NCBI RefSeq assembly: GCF_006345805.1
Contig: NC_043013.1
Span: 19,530,001-19,594,000, forward strand
Source of the DNA: Octopus sinensis
Taxonomy: Eukaryota
Reading direction: 5' to 3'
Length of the DNA: 64,000 nt
Below the pieces are notes generated by a model. That model was given only the letters and a program-made list of their open reading frames with translations, had not been told where the DNA came from and did not search any database. Positions 38,528 to 52,267 of this stretch are shown one piece after another. The position numbers and the translations under genes were made by a program. How positions within the stretch are numbered: position 1 is the first letter of the stretch; each line of letters begins with the position of its first letter.

Positions 38528-39599
38528 TTTCTGGTTTCGGATATCAGTCATAAGTTAACAAACCACTTGCAACACACATCGATAAATTCAAAAAAATTTA
38601 CTTTATCAAGATATGCACTAGTAACAATAAAGGAAAAAAATATTATGTTTTTATAACCTTATCATCACTCATTTGTCAAACTTTATTATTCAAATAAATA
38701 TTGTTTAATTTATGAAGTACTTAATGTCAAATATTTTTTAAAGCTTGAGGAAACCGGAGTTGCCTGAATATTTATTTGGAACTCATTTTGATGACGTTCT
38801 TGATGATTATTTCACTGTTTACTTGGCACAGTTTTGATTCAGTATCTGGAGCCACTTGAAGTAATTCGTCTAAACAAGGGAACAACTCATCGACTTCAGC
38901 GAAAATTATTCAAAACTGCCAGTTGAGAGATAACCCCGAAATAAAGATATCTCCAGTAAAAAGATTGATAACATTGAAATTCAGATCACAGCATTCTGAT
39001 CAACAATCTCATATCACCAGTTCAATCATGTTTTTAATGTTCTGAAATTGCTGCAGCTGAAAGGGAGACTAATGAAAGAACGCGGAAATTTGTTTTAAGG
39101 TTGAGGATCTTGGCATAAAAGACGACACATTGTCTGAAGCCAAGACTTCGTTGATAAACAAATTGGCTGCAAAGAATATTATAATGTGACTATGCCTTTT
39201 ACAGACGAGATTGATTTGGTGGTTTTAAATACTTGGAGATCACAGCCTCCTTTATATGCGAACGTGAGTCACTGGCAAGGGAGAAATTTAAATTAAAGAA
39301 GACTCCTTGAATATGGAATCATTGTAAAAAAAAGTCGAAGATTACAGTATATTAACATAATGGTCATAATGCCAAGTATGATTCACATGAATGATTCACA
39401 CGAATGATTCACATTTTTTTTCTGCGTTGAGTTTTCGAAGGAGTGAAACCCCAAAACTAATTCACCTCTGTTTCTCCCGAACTTGAACGTAGATTTTACA
39501 GTTTTAGGTATAAAGTACTTCATACTGCATTTCTTCTAAGTAATATCGTAAGATCCTGTCATAAATTTGTGACTGAGCAATAGTCCTACACTGAAAAGT

Positions 39600-40037
39600 T
39601 TTTCAGTCGTTGGAATACAGCCATGCTATGGAACCGCCTTGAAGAATATTTTGTCAAATCAATCAACTTCGGCACTTTTGTTGTTAAGCTTTATACTTCA
39701 TCCATCCGTCTGTTTTGCCGAAAGGATAAGTTACCCGTTAATAAGCGATGGTGAAGGACAAACATAGACACAAAGACACACACACACGCGTACACATGCA
39801 CACACACACACACATACACACACACACTAACATACACACACATGCACGCACACACATGCATCCTTCATACTTATTTATACGACGAGCTTCTTTTAGTTTC
39901 CATCTACCAGATCCATTCACAAGTCTTTGTCCAAACCAAGGCTTCAGTAGAAGAACTTGCCAATACTACGCTGTGGGATTGAACGCAGAACCTGTGGTTG
40001 GGAAGCAAGATTCTTACTACACAGCAACGCCTGCATC
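39600..40037 (-). mobile_element. SINE family C, diverged, internal (CA)n
   Basis: Tail, body and head all align with the 16146-16506 copy. Confidence 0.8.
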
Positions 40038-40346
40038 TTTATTAAAGATATGCAATTGGCAATTATTAATAACCAGTGTCCACTCTGGTTTTGTGACACC
40101 CAGCTTCTCAATATCACTGTGAAGGCACTTAGTGACATAACCAATTAATCTCTAAACAATTAGGGGTACGGACCTAAAGGTATGTCTTAATATGTCGGTC
40201 TTTGCTTCTGAACGTACCCTATTATTTTGTCATTGATACTGGCTGTTTTCGTTTATCTTTAACATTGTTGAACAACTATTTCTGTTATTGTACGCAGTTT
40301 CCTTATACCCCCCGCACACACACATATACACACTCACACACACATA

Positions 40347-40422
<76 letters not shown>

Positions 40423-40423
40423 T

Positions 40424-40463
<40 letters not shown>

Positions 40464-40534
40464 ATATACATGTGTGTGTGTGAGTATGTGGTTTTAGTTC
40501 AGAATAAGAATGTGTATAGGTCAAGGTATATGTC

Positions 40535-40537
40535 AGG

Positions 40538-40610
<73 letters not shown>

Positions 40611-40650
40611 CCTTTCTATCTATATATCTATCTATCTATCTATCTATCTT

Positions 40651-40688
<38 letters not shown>

Positions 40689-40715
40689 CATCTATCTTCT
40701 ATCTATCTTTCTAAC
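40535..40715. repeat. (TATC)n microsatellite, unoccupied
   Basis: Directly visible. Confidence 0.95.
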
Positions 40716-41691
40716 TATTTATCTTCCTGTATATCACTTTATCTTACTTTCGTTCTCTACCCTCTAGCCACCTCTTTAGTCCTCTATATAATATGTCTGC
40801 TAGCGTACACCAATGTATATTTAAATATACGTATGAAACTATTGATCTATTAGTTCATCTTGTTATCAAACTATCTTCGTCTACCTCCTTCCTTCTATCT
40901 CTCTTTCTTTCTCTTTCTCACTGAGTATGTGTGTGTGCGCGCGCCAGTGTGTGTGTGAGCAACAACGAACACATGTATAGACGTCTGTATCAACGTGTCT
41001 GTGTGGTGCGTCTGTGCATCCATATTTCATAATGACCGCCATATTTACTGACAACTCTGTACGCTCTTTCAAACTTTGAGAAGACGTCGTCAGCCGTCAT
41101 AACAGTTGATTACGTTTCCATCCAACAGCCTCGACAACTGATTAAATAAAATATGACCGTCTCTCCCCTTGTAAATTTCATTTGCGCCACAAATCTCTTT
41201 GATATTCTAGCATAAAACAAAAGATAAAGCTTCTGCCCAATGGACCGTTCATATATATAACCATATCATAATACTCCTCATTTAATACTCTTTACTCACC
41301 ACTGGGATCACATTCTGTTTGTTTATGGCTTTGTTTTGTTGTAAATTTGTCGTTTGATTTTGTTTGCTTATGTTATATTTGTCCATTGTTATTTCTCTGT
41401 GTGTTTTTATGTTATTAAACCGTAATGTTATCTCGTCGTTGTTTGATATTCGCTTAAATGCCACCAATTTATCTCTCACTCTCTCTGTCTGTCTTTCTTT
41501 ATCTGTTTCTCTCTCTCTCTCTAAAGGTTTCTTTCTCTGTCTCTTTCCACCCTTCTCTCTATCTTTCATGCTACACGCTCACTAAACAACAACAACAAAA
41601 TAAAAGTTCTATTATTTTTCCGAATCTAACTTGTTTCTCACTGATTTTTATACTTGTTGCTATCATTTTCGTGTCATTATTTGGAATTTAT

Positions 41692-41694
41692 CAT

Positions 41695-41764
<70 letters not shown>

Positions 41765-41822
41765 GTTGCTATTGCTGCATCTGCTTATGAGGATGATGAT
41801 GATGATAATAATAATAATAATG

Positions 41823-41865
<43 letters not shown>

Positions 41866-41885
41866 TAATAATAATAGTAATAATG
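41692..41885. repeat. (TAC)n followed by (GAT)n/(AAT)n microsatellites
   Basis: Directly visible. Confidence 0.95.
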
Positions 41886-42712
41886 AATTTTCTTGTTTGT
41901 AGATATATTGGTTATTTATATTTGTTTTGTGCTGTCTTTTTTTTCGTTTCTAAACTAATTATTTGGTGGTGTCCCTGTTTGAAAAAGAACATTAATTATA
42001 TCAATGTTTGTACAAATTGAAATGAACGGTTGTCTTATTGTTTCGTATTTAACAGACATCTCAACACAACCGACCTACCAACGCCATGCACACGGGCCAT
42101 CCAAAATATATACTGAATGTTTACTCGACTTGCTAGAAATAGCAGTCACACCGCTCTCCAATTACATTTCACCAGTTTAAACATGAGAAAGACAAATGTT
42201 TTCGTGAAACGCAAAGAAGATCATGCCTGGAGTATTTTTGATTATAGGTCTCATGACTCAAAACTAACACGGGTTTAAGAAATTGCAAGAAAGGACACAA
42301 TAGATAATGCAGTCCTGGATGCCCTATGTTTAAATAAGAGAAAAGTTGGTCATAGGTGGAAGGCTTTTGAGCAAAGATCTGTAAAGTCTCTGCTTGACAA
42401 CAGCAAGGAAACACTCAGTATATGATGCAGTCATTTATACACACTTCATTTGAATAGATGACATGATAGCCACTGCTTGATTAACTTCTATCATATGTTT
42501 GCGTGATCAACGCTGAATTTAGATTAAACAACAAGAACGACAACATCCAGTGTGCCCAATGTTTTTTTTTACTAATGATGAGATGACTCTACATCAGCCT
42601 TCCTTTCTCTTCTTTATTTAGTTACTGAGTTAATGTCAATAGTAGCCATCAAAACAACACATTTTCTCTTTTGTCAATATAAAACTTCCGCGGTTAACGG
42701 TTTTCTTTATAT

Positions 42713-42945
42713 CTGTTACTGGTTTCAGCCATTTGACTGCGGCCAAGCTGGGGTACCGCCTTGAAGGTTTTTTAGTCGAATAAATCGATCCTCGGACTTA
42801 TTTGTAAGCTTGGTACTTATTCTATCGGTCTATTGTATCGAACCGCTAATTTACGGGGTCATATGCCCGTCAACACCGGTTGTTAAGCGGTGGTGGAAGA
42901 CATACGGAAAGAGACACACATACATAGATCTCTCTCTTCCTCTCC

Positions 42946-42994
<49 letters not shown>

Positions 42995-43155
42995 GCATAC
43001 ACTTCTCTCAGTTTCCGCCTACCAAATCCACTCACAAAAAAAATGTGTGGGCTCGAGTCTAGTGTAGAAGACACCACTTGTACAAGGGGTCAAGCCGTGA
43101 AACTGAACATGGAACCATGTAGTTGGGAAGAAAGCTTCTTACAACACAGCCACAG
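42713..43155 (-). mobile_element. SINE family C with internal (TC)n(TA)n
   Basis: tttcagccatttgactgcggccaagctggggtaccgccttgaagg ... ctaccaaatccactcaca ... ggaaccatgtagttgggaagaaagcttcttacaacacagccac. Confidence 0.82.
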
Positions 43156-43413
43156 TTGAAAATAATTCAGAAATACCATTTAACTTGGTCTTTGAATAGA
43201 AGCAGGTATGGGAACGGCGTTAAGATGTTCGCTTCATTATCACATGGCGTTCTCGTTTCAATTCCAATGTATGGCATCTTGAACAATGGCTTTCTGTTTA
43301 GACTCTCAGAGACGATTGCTTTGACACTGATATTTGATTGAGAGAAACTATACAAAGCTCAATGTATTTATTGGACTTCGGCGTAGTTATATTTAAAACC
43401 AACAAATTTTATT

Positions 43414-43969
43414 TATTTGGTTGTCCGGAAAGTAGCTTACCTTTCGACTTATTTTTGAGTCCATATGGTTGAGTCCATAAAATAGGATTTGACTACACCT
43501 GCATTTAGAGCTCAGTTTAAGCTATCTTTTCGTGGAAGAAGGTCTATATTCCTATAACCTATGTTAATTCTGTAACCCTTTAAAATGGAAGATAAGAAAG
43601 TTCATTTTCGGCACTTGATACTTTGGGAACAAGACAAAAATTGCTGCAGCTCGGCTGGGATGTGTTACCCCACTTTCCATATTCACCAGATATTACTCCT
43701 TCGGATTTCCACTTATTCAGGCAGGTCTCTGCAGAATAGTCTTAATGGTAAAGATTTAAATTCTTTAGATGACGTAAAAAGATACTTGATGAATTCTTTG
43801 CCATGAAAATACCTCAATTCTGGGAAGAGGTTTCAAGTTAAAGGAACGATAGAGACACATTGTGCAACAAAATGGTTCACATTTGGTTGATTAAAAATGC
43901 AATGGCAAGTATTTATTGACCTTTTCCTTTCATTTAAACATCGGCACGAACTTTCTGGACAACCCAGTA
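43414..43969 (+). mobile_element. Internally deleted mariner element with both terminal inverted repeats
   Basis: Left TIR TAtttggttgtccggaaagt (43414-43433) versus right actttctggacaacccagTA (43950-43969). Remnant ORF MEDKKVHFRHLILWE and SLQNSLNGKDLNSLDDVKRYL resemble Hsmar1-type transposase N- and C-termini. Confidence 0.88.
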
Positions 43970-43989
43970 TCTTTCATCCCTTCCACTGC

Positions 43990-44130
43990 GGCTTTACCGA
44001 GGTACCGTCTTGAAGGGATTAGTCGGACATATCAACCTCATACTTATTTATTAAGCCTGTTACTTATTCTAACAATCCCTTTTACCGAACCACTAAGTTA
44101 CGGGAACGTAAACAAACCGGCACCGGTTTT
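43990..44130 (-). mobile_element. SINE family C 3' fragment
   Basis: cttgaagggattagtcgg...tacttattcta...ccgaaccactaagttacgggaacgtaaaca. Confidence 0.7.
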
Positions 44131-44949
44131 CTAGATTTTACTCCACATCCCATATATAGTTTATTAAACCAAACTAAGACAGAAATACGATTAACGGGCA
44201 AAATATTCTATAGAAGATTAACGACAAATTTAGAGAGATTATATCACAACACTGGAACAGCAGTTATGTAATTTTAATGTTGTTTATAATAACCATAACA
44301 AAAAATATCCTAAATTCAAACAATCTGTTACCGTCGACTTTGACTTGTTTGTAACTCCTTTTCTACCAAATAATGCAGTTGATCTCGCTTCGGAAAAGCT
44401 GTTACGATACTGATAGCAGAGATTAAAAGATCATAAACTTTACTCTTTGATAAAGAATCGAGTAAATAAAATTCGATTTAATCGACATGTTCCTCGTGAA
44501 TATGGACTCATATGATAGAGTAGATATATGCAACTTCGTTGGAATATTGAGACTAAAATAATAACTCTGTATAATAACTCTATATCGGTCTATATAGAGA
44601 CGATGGACTCCTGCATAACCTAGTTTAGTTATAACATGTACTAAAAGTATTCAGTCAAAGTATTTTTTACGAACATTTTTCAGTAATTCTCTCCATCTTT
44701 GTTGTTTATTTTGATGTGTAAAACTCAATTTTTGAAAATATACACCAATATTTACTCAGTAAATGTGCCATATCAAAGCAATTTTTATGTGATAAAATGA
44801 TTTTGTATCTCTATTTTGATATATATAGGTATATAACAGAAATATGTATTGCATAAGTTAAAATAAACTTGTTTACTTAATGTGTGTGTGTGTGTCTGCA
44901 GCTATATATGTGTGTGTGTATCAGTGTGCATGTGTGTGTGTCTGTGAGT

Positions 44950-45125
44950 GTCTTTGTGTATGTGCTTGTCCTTCACAACGGCTTGACAACCGATTTTAAT
45001 TTGTTTACATTTCTGTTACTTCAAGGCTCGACTAAAGATAACGATAAATTATGTATAAGGCTTTAAAAAACATGTACTGGGGATGATTTGTTCGACTCAT
45101 CCTTTAAGGTGGTGCCGCAGCTGAT
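44950..45125 (+). mobile_element. SINE family C 3' fragment, opposite orientation to the other copies
   Basis: cttgacaaccgat...gtttacat...gtactggggatgatttgttcgact...tttaaggtggtgccgcagc is the reverse complement of the family C tail. Confidence 0.65.
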
Positions 45126-45383
45126 TGTGTATTGGTTTTTGTATACACATTAGCAATCTGCTAAATCACCCATAAATTTTATGGTAAATATATATATTCT
45201 GCCGCATTCTTCATTCAGTGTTAAGGGCAAGTGCAGCCTCTATCAGAATATATGTTATGTGTTTATATCAGCATTGAAGCATTTTAGCACTCATTTCTAG
45301 CAAAGTAAGTGTCTTGACATCCTTAGTCACGTTTATTTGACGACGACGATTGTTCCCTACGGTTTAACATTGCAACTAGCTGT

Positions 45384-46312
45384 TTATATATATAAACCAG
45401 CTTAGAGAAGAAGAGGAAACGAAACGAAATGAATCGAATCGAATCGACGCGAAGGCGCTCAGTCATACAATAGTGTAATAAATAAAATATATGCATACAT
45501 ACAAACATATATGTACGTACCTACATCTCCATGTATATATACATGCATATATAAATATATATGCGTGTGTACAGGACACCACAAATATACGTAGAACTCA
45601 ACGAGAAACGAAAACGTAAAAACAGCATGGAACGGACCATTTTTTTAACAACGAAAGAACGGAGTACAAGACAACTACACAAGGAAAAATCCCCTTCATC
45701 AGCTGTCCCTAGTTCAACTCCAGCGTGTTTTGACTGTGAGGACAGAACACATCTCGTCGAATTAGTCCTTCCTGCGAAAGAATTAAATAAAATTCCTTTG
45801 CAGAGGGGTAAAAACAAGGAAGAAAATGTGACAAAAACAGGACGTAAAAACAATACAATTAAAAACAAATACAAAATAAAATACAATTACAAAACATACA
45901 GTACAAGAAGGAAAAGAAATAAGGACAGGAAAACAAATAAAGAGGGCCTATAAGCCTAGACGAGGAAAAAAAAAATTTTCACGAGCGCAGAAAGAAACAT
46001 GTTTACTTGAACAAGGCTGCCGGCGAAAGGAAGTTCGTAGACCCGGCTGTGAGAGAGATGAGGAGGAGTGAGAGAGAGAGAGAGGAAGGAAGCAAATGAG
46101 AGTGAAAGAAAGAGAGAAGAAGGAGTCATAGGGTTTCGCGTCATAATTATATATAAAAACCAACTTAGAGAAGAAGAAGAAACGAAACGAAACCAAACGA
46201 ATCGACGCGAAGGCGCTCAGTCATACAATAGTGTAATAAATAAAATATATGCATACATACACACATACATGTACGTACCTACATCTACATGTATATATAC
46301 ATGCATATATAT
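45384..46312. repeat. ~170-bp direct repeat (45384-45553 and 46147-46312) separated by ~590 bp of unique sequence
   Basis: Shared core gaatcgacgcgaaggcgctcagtcatacaatagtgtaataaataaaatatatgcatacataca is identical in both copies; offset about 758 bp. Confidence 0.92.
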
Positions 46313-46318
46313 ATATAT

Positions 46319-46701
46319 AATCAAAATAAACAACGAGAATATCCAGAGGTAATGCTGTAGGATCGATTCAAGAAACTCCATTTAACTGAACAATGCAATC
46401 ATTACATCAATTTTAATGCAGAGCAATCCTCAGCTGCATAAAGTCATGGAATTTAATTAAAATTAAAATAGATGGACACATTAGTATAATTTTACCTAAA
46501 ATCTCCAAGAAGGTAAGTCGATAGAGAACATGTTATCTTCACTTCAGCTTAGAAGCTACTAAATTAAATTCTATGTCTTTATGCAGCTGAGGATTACTTT
46601 GCCTTTAAATTGATGTAATGATTGCATTGTTCAATTAAATGGAATTGCTTGAAACGATCGTATTGCATTACCTCTGGATATCCTTGATGCTTATTTTGAT
46701 T
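46319..46701. mobile_element. Fold-back/MITE-like element with ~140-bp inverted arms
   Basis: 46319-46458 is the imperfect reverse complement of 46562-46701 (e.g. aacaatgcaatcattacatcaattt / aaattgatgtaatgattgcattgtt); spacer ~100 bp. Confidence 0.8.
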
Positions 46702-46798
46702 TTAATCACATCATTTTGAAATTGTATGGATAATACCGTACTAAATTCTGGTGCCTCAATTTAAGTACCATATTCATCTGAATCTAAATTTTTGCTGC

Positions 46799-46859
<61 letters not shown>

Positions 46860-48821
46860 ATGTGTGTGTGTGTGTGTGTGGTGTGTGTGTGTGTGTTTGT
46901 GTGTGTTTGTGTGTGTGTGTGTGCGTGTCTGTGTGTGTTTGTGTGTGTGTTTACTTATATACATAAATATATAAGGTGTGCTGAAACGTTTTTAAAGTGA
47001 TCCTTCAGTTTATCTGAGCCCTGTAAATGAACTCGGAAGTTTGGGCCTCTAACCAGATCTTTCGCGATGATCTGCTCGCACGCACATATCTACATAATTC
47101 ATCTCCCAGTCTACGATTAATCGCCAATTTATCAGTGTAATGGTACCCTCTATTTTTATAAATATTCCTGAAAAAGTTTCGTCAGATACACATTTCCTTA
47201 GCCAGCTCTATTATAGGACAATCTTCTCTTAGAAGCTGCTAAAATGTATGTTGAGCATCACACATTACATAGTAATGCGTGTACCAAAATCACATGCGGC
47301 AGACAATTACATTTGTAGGAATAAAGAGGCGTGTACACAACCGTGTCATTAATACATGGAGAGAGGTGAACTTCATCGATAAGAATATAGACTAACACTG
47401 AATGCAGAAGAGATAACAGAATGAAGAATTAAATATTAAAGGATACATGAAAGACATTGGGATCCTTCATAAACAAGAATAATATCAAATGTAATATAAA
47501 AAAAAAACATCCAAGGGTAATGAAAATCTTGCGCCAATGCGATGAGACATTGCCAGCTCTTAAGACGAAAAATTACTATACGTAATATGATAAAAGTTTC
47601 ACAAAAATACCCATAAATTCTCCTAGACTGTTTTCGCAGATTCCATTTCTTTTATATGCACTTATTAAAGACATGTTGCTTTACAATACCACCAAATTTA
47701 ACACATGAAGCCAGATGAATTAGAGACTTCTAAAGCTACCCTCTTAAGTAAGCAACTTATGAATAATTTTTTTTTTTCTCAAGGCTACTTACATCGTAGG
47801 TAGATCTGAAATATTATAAAATATTCCAGCTTCATAGGAAAACATATTTTCTACTTGATTTCTGAATAACTCATAACAAGTGTAATATTATGGAAACATA
47901 TCATGCATCTCTGTAAAGTAAATATCTTTAACTTTTATGTCTATATATTGATGTGTGAAAATTTAGTAAGCTTATACGAGACAAGTAAACGTATCATGTC
48001 ATACTACATTGTGATCGTGCAAGAAAGGAAATGATTACAGATGGACGTCTAGAATTTGAAACGTTGTCAATTCATTGCCTGTCTTGGAAATAATTATGAA
48101 ATTCGTCTAGTGAAACACTGAAGCGGCACTCCATTCCAATTTTGTACTGTAATATAATATAGTTACTCGTATAGCATTGAGGCCTTCCTGAGAGTGTAAG
48201 AGGGGTCCAGTTAAAATGGTCGTATGTGGCAGATAAAACTTCCTTTATAGTGGAAGCCGTCAAATAGAAAGAGAAGTACAATAAATCAAGGTGTCGCTCA
48301 GACTTCGGTTACTGGTTATGTGGCTCTTATCCAAGCCTTTTGATTGGAGCTGCAATCGAATATTCGGAAGTTCGCAACGGTTTCTGGCAGATTGGCGAAA
48401 AGGTGAAAAAAATAAGGGACCACTGCGAGCAAAAGGTATTAAGTTTGTGCAGGAGGCATAAAAGAGATAAGACTGTATTTGCATAGCTAGCAGTTAGAAG
48501 GTCGACTCGACCTTTGTTTGTTGTTTCTGCATGAAGTGAGGGGCGAGGAATGTGGTACATGCTGGTTGGTGAATAAGCTGACAAGCAACATTGAAGGAAA
48601 TATTGAGTAGGGTGTTCAGATGCAGTACCGGAAGCCGAAAGGAAATGTACAGTACTTCAATAGACATAACTTAGAAGAGAGTATTGCTTGTGATTCTTCG
48701 AAGTTGGCAACGGGGATTTCACAATCCACACTTCATAATTACATTGAATTAATTCTCTTATTTTAGTTTGTTAAAGACTACAATATGTGTCTGTATGCAT
48801 ATGCATATATATGTATATGTA

Positions 48822-49050
48822 TAAGGCGGCGAGCTGGCAGAATCGTTAGCACGCCGGGCGAAATGCGTAGCCGTATTTCGTCTGCGTTACGTTGTGAGTT
48901 CAAATTCCGCCGAGGTCGACATTGCCTTTCATCCTTTCGGGGTCGATAAATAAGGTACCAATTTCGCACTGAGGTCGATGTAATCGACTTAATCCGTTTG
49001 TCTGTCCTTGTTTGTCCCCTCTATGTTTAGCCCCTTGTGGACAATAAATA
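48822..49050 (+). mobile_element. SINE family A, full length, young
   Basis: taaggcggcgagctggcagaatcgttagcacgccgggcgaaatgcgtagccg...gagttcaaattcc (B-box-like)...gcctttcatcctttcggggtcgataaa...ccccttgtggacaataaataaata. Confidence 0.92.
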
Positions 49051-49996
49051 AATATATGTTTGTTTGTGGGTATTATGTTTTTTGTATAGCGTCGATCTGC
49101 GTCTCTTTGTGTCGAAAGTTATAGACATTCGATAAACAAACATTGAGAAAATAAGAACCTAACTGAAATAAATATTAGAGTCGGCTTGATCGATAAAGAT
49201 AAAATGAAATATAAATAAAGATCTCGCCCCATCATGGTTGCAATTCAGTGACTGAAAGTATTAAAACCTATTTAATTCTATGTAGTTAACCAATAAACCT
49301 TGGCAAGTTAAATGGTTAAGTTAATTCAACAAGGAATCGAACTAAAAATATATTGGGAGATATCCGTCTTTACTAGAAATATAATAGATTTTTGCGCAAT
49401 ATTAACCCGCACGCACTCACGCACACACACATATATGATACTCATTTCATACATTCTTCATTGTAGATGTTGTAGATACGTTGATATAATTACATAATAC
49501 ACTTTTAATATGATTCCTAAAAGACAGGTGAGACTACAGAGCTATTCAGAGTGAAGAACGTTTTTAAGAATTGTCACTTTGCATTGCAGTGATTTAATGC
49601 AATTTTTTCCGTTTCCGTCGTTCAGCAAGTACATATTTAAATGTATTTGTATAACAGAAATTCTTTTATGCTTTTATATTTAATCAAGATATTGTGATTG
49701 CATTAATGTTTCCTTGTGGTGGCAAATATCTTTATCAGGAAGCAGGCCAATAAGTTTAGCTCAGGAGAGAATATCATCAATTGTAAGATGAAATTATGTA
49801 TATCTTGAGTTTCCTTTATTTTGGTGTTTTTTTTTATTATACTGAAAATATTCACGTAGAACCGAGTTCTCGTATTGTACCGAAAGCCCCGTATATAACA
49901 TATGTGTACAGTATCTCGTAATGGTATTACAATATGGAGAGAAGCCTGTATGAAATATAAGTGTACAATGCATAGTCAAATTTTTGCAATATGGTG

Positions 49997-50135
49997 TAAG
50001 GCGGCGAGCTGGCAGGAACGTTAGCTAGCCGGGCAAAATGCGTAGCCGTATCCATTTACAAGGTAGCATGAAGTAGGACCGAAGCTGGAACCATATGTTT
50101 GCGAAGTAAACTTCTAACGACGCAGCCACACCTGC
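49997..50135. mobile_element. Junction of a family A SINE 5' stub (+, 49997-50052) and a family C SINE head (-, ~50053-50135)
   Basis: Both heads are recognisable by alignment to intact copies in the window. Confidence 0.7.
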
Positions 50136-50234
50136 ACAGATACAGACACAGACACACACGCACACACACGCGCGTACACACACGCGCGTACACACACAAA
50201 TAAGTAAATAAATAAATATATATACATATATGTG

Positions 50235-50379
50235 TTGATATAGATAGATAGATTGATTGATTGATTGATTGATAGACAGACAGACAGGGAGACAGACAGA
50301 CAAGCAGGCAGACAGACAGACAAACAGACAGGGAGGCAAACAGACAGACAGACAGACAGACAGATAGGTAGGTAGGTAG

Positions 50380-50424
<45 letters not shown>

Positions 50425-50602
50425 TGATTGATTGATTGATAGACAGACAGACAGGCAGACAGTGAGAGACAGACAAGCAGGCAGACAGACAGACAGACAG
50501 ACAGACATACAGACAGATAGGTAGGTAGGTAGGTAGGTAGGTAGATAGATAGATAGATAGATAGACATACATACAGACAGATAGATAGATAGATAGATAG
50601 AT

Positions 50603-50639
<37 letters not shown>

Positions 50640-50668
50640 AAATAGATAGATAGATAGATAGATAGATG

Positions 50669-50722
<54 letters not shown>

Positions 50723-50760
50723 TAGTTAGATAGATAGATAGGTAGATAGATAGATAGATA
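50235..50760. repeat. Complex (GATA)n/(GACA)n/(GATT)n/(GGTA)n tetranucleotide satellite
   Basis: Directly visible; partially duplicated internal blocks. Confidence 0.95.
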
Positions 50761-51086
50761 ATGTTTCAACTTGTTTCTTGACATTAAAACCGGTGTTCGT
50801 CTTTGTTTAATCTCCTAAAACTCGGAAGAGCTGCAAGTACGAGAGCTATAATGTCTGGTTCAGGCAACTGACCCCTTATTAAGCAGATGAAACAGCCTGA
50901 AGCAGGAATGGAAGCCAAAACTAACAAAACACTTAAAACTATCGCAAACCTCATCACTTACTGACATGGTATTCTAATCATGTGATACAATAATCAGTTA
51001 TCTACTTCAATCTCCCTTATTGAACTGATGATAGATTTAAATTATCTTTACTTTCCTTCGTATACCAGCTTCTATTTCCATTGCAG

Positions 51087-51159
51087 ATTATTAGGAAGAG
51101 GGCTGGCAAAGTTTGGTGGAATCTCCGGAGATTTACTCCAAGACAGGACAAACTTCTAA
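51087..51159 (+). other. Weak candidate terminal coding exon (LLGRGLAKFGGISGDLLQDRTNF*)
   Basis: Preceded by pyrimidine tract and acceptor ttctatttccattgcag|; short non-repetitive frame ends at TAA 51157-51159. No homology recognised. Confidence 0.2.
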
Positions 51160-51428
51160 TGTTTAGAGAATTAATATCACTAGTTCCACATTCCTCACAT
51201 CAATTTCGAGAATTACATTTTATTCTTCAGCTTTCTGTCTTTCTCTATCTGGCCATTTACTCTTTTTTTTATCTCTTCCTTTCTCACTCTCTTACACACT
51301 TTTTCTTCACCACTTTCTCCTTTCACCCCCACATATATCTGTCTCTATGTGCGTGTGAGTGTGTATAAGTGCGCATAATACATATACATGTATAAATACA
51401 CACACACATACATACATACATACATACA

Positions 51429-51473
<45 letters not shown>

Positions 51474-51552
51474 TATATATATACATATATATATATGATA
51501 TATATATATATATATATGTATATATGCATATATATATTATATATAATATATA

Positions 51553-51594
<42 letters not shown>

Positions 51595-51804
51595 CTATAA
51601 ATCTGTATGTATGGATATATGTATAATATATATGTGTGTATGTGCGTGTATAGCGTGTCTATACATTGTATATTTGTAGATATATAACAGATAGATGTTC
51701 CTAAATATATAGCTTTTATGTATGTGTCTATGCATTCGTACCGATGTCTATTAATCATATTTTCTGACCCACTATCGTCGTCGTTCTCCTCTTCTAAATC
51801 TAAC

Positions 51805-51994
51805 GTTCTCTTCTTCTTCTTCTTCTTCTTCTTCTTCTTCTTCTTCTTCTTCTTCTTCTTCTTCTTCTTCTTCTTCTTCTTCTTCTTCTTCTTCTTCTTC
51901 TTCTTCTTCTCTTCTTCTTTCTTCTTCTTCTTTTCTTCTTTTCTTCTTCTTCTCTTCTTCTTCTTCTTCTTCTCATTCTATCTATCTATCTATC

Positions 51995-52049
<55 letters not shown>

Positions 52050-52055
52050 CATCTA
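51805..52055. repeat. (TTC)n followed by (TATC)n microsatellites
   Basis: Directly visible. Confidence 0.95.
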
Positions 52056-52229
52056 CCTAAACACATATGTATATATGTGTGTGTGTGTGTGTGTATGTAT
52101 GTATATGTATGCATGTATTTATATATATATATGTATGTATATATACATGTATATATGTACAATATATATATATATAATACATATATATATATGTATGAAT
52201 GCATATATATATGTAGATATATATATATA

Positions 52230-52267
<38 letters not shown>

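Noticed and set aside
38750-39350. Complex, coding-like sequence
   Set aside because: The frame I translated contains frequent stops, the ORF track lists nothing here, and I recognised no motif; possibly an old transposon relic but unsupported.
46972-46995. Mariner TIR-like taaggtgtgctgaaacgttttt
   Set aside because: No matching opposite end or transposase remnant found nearby.
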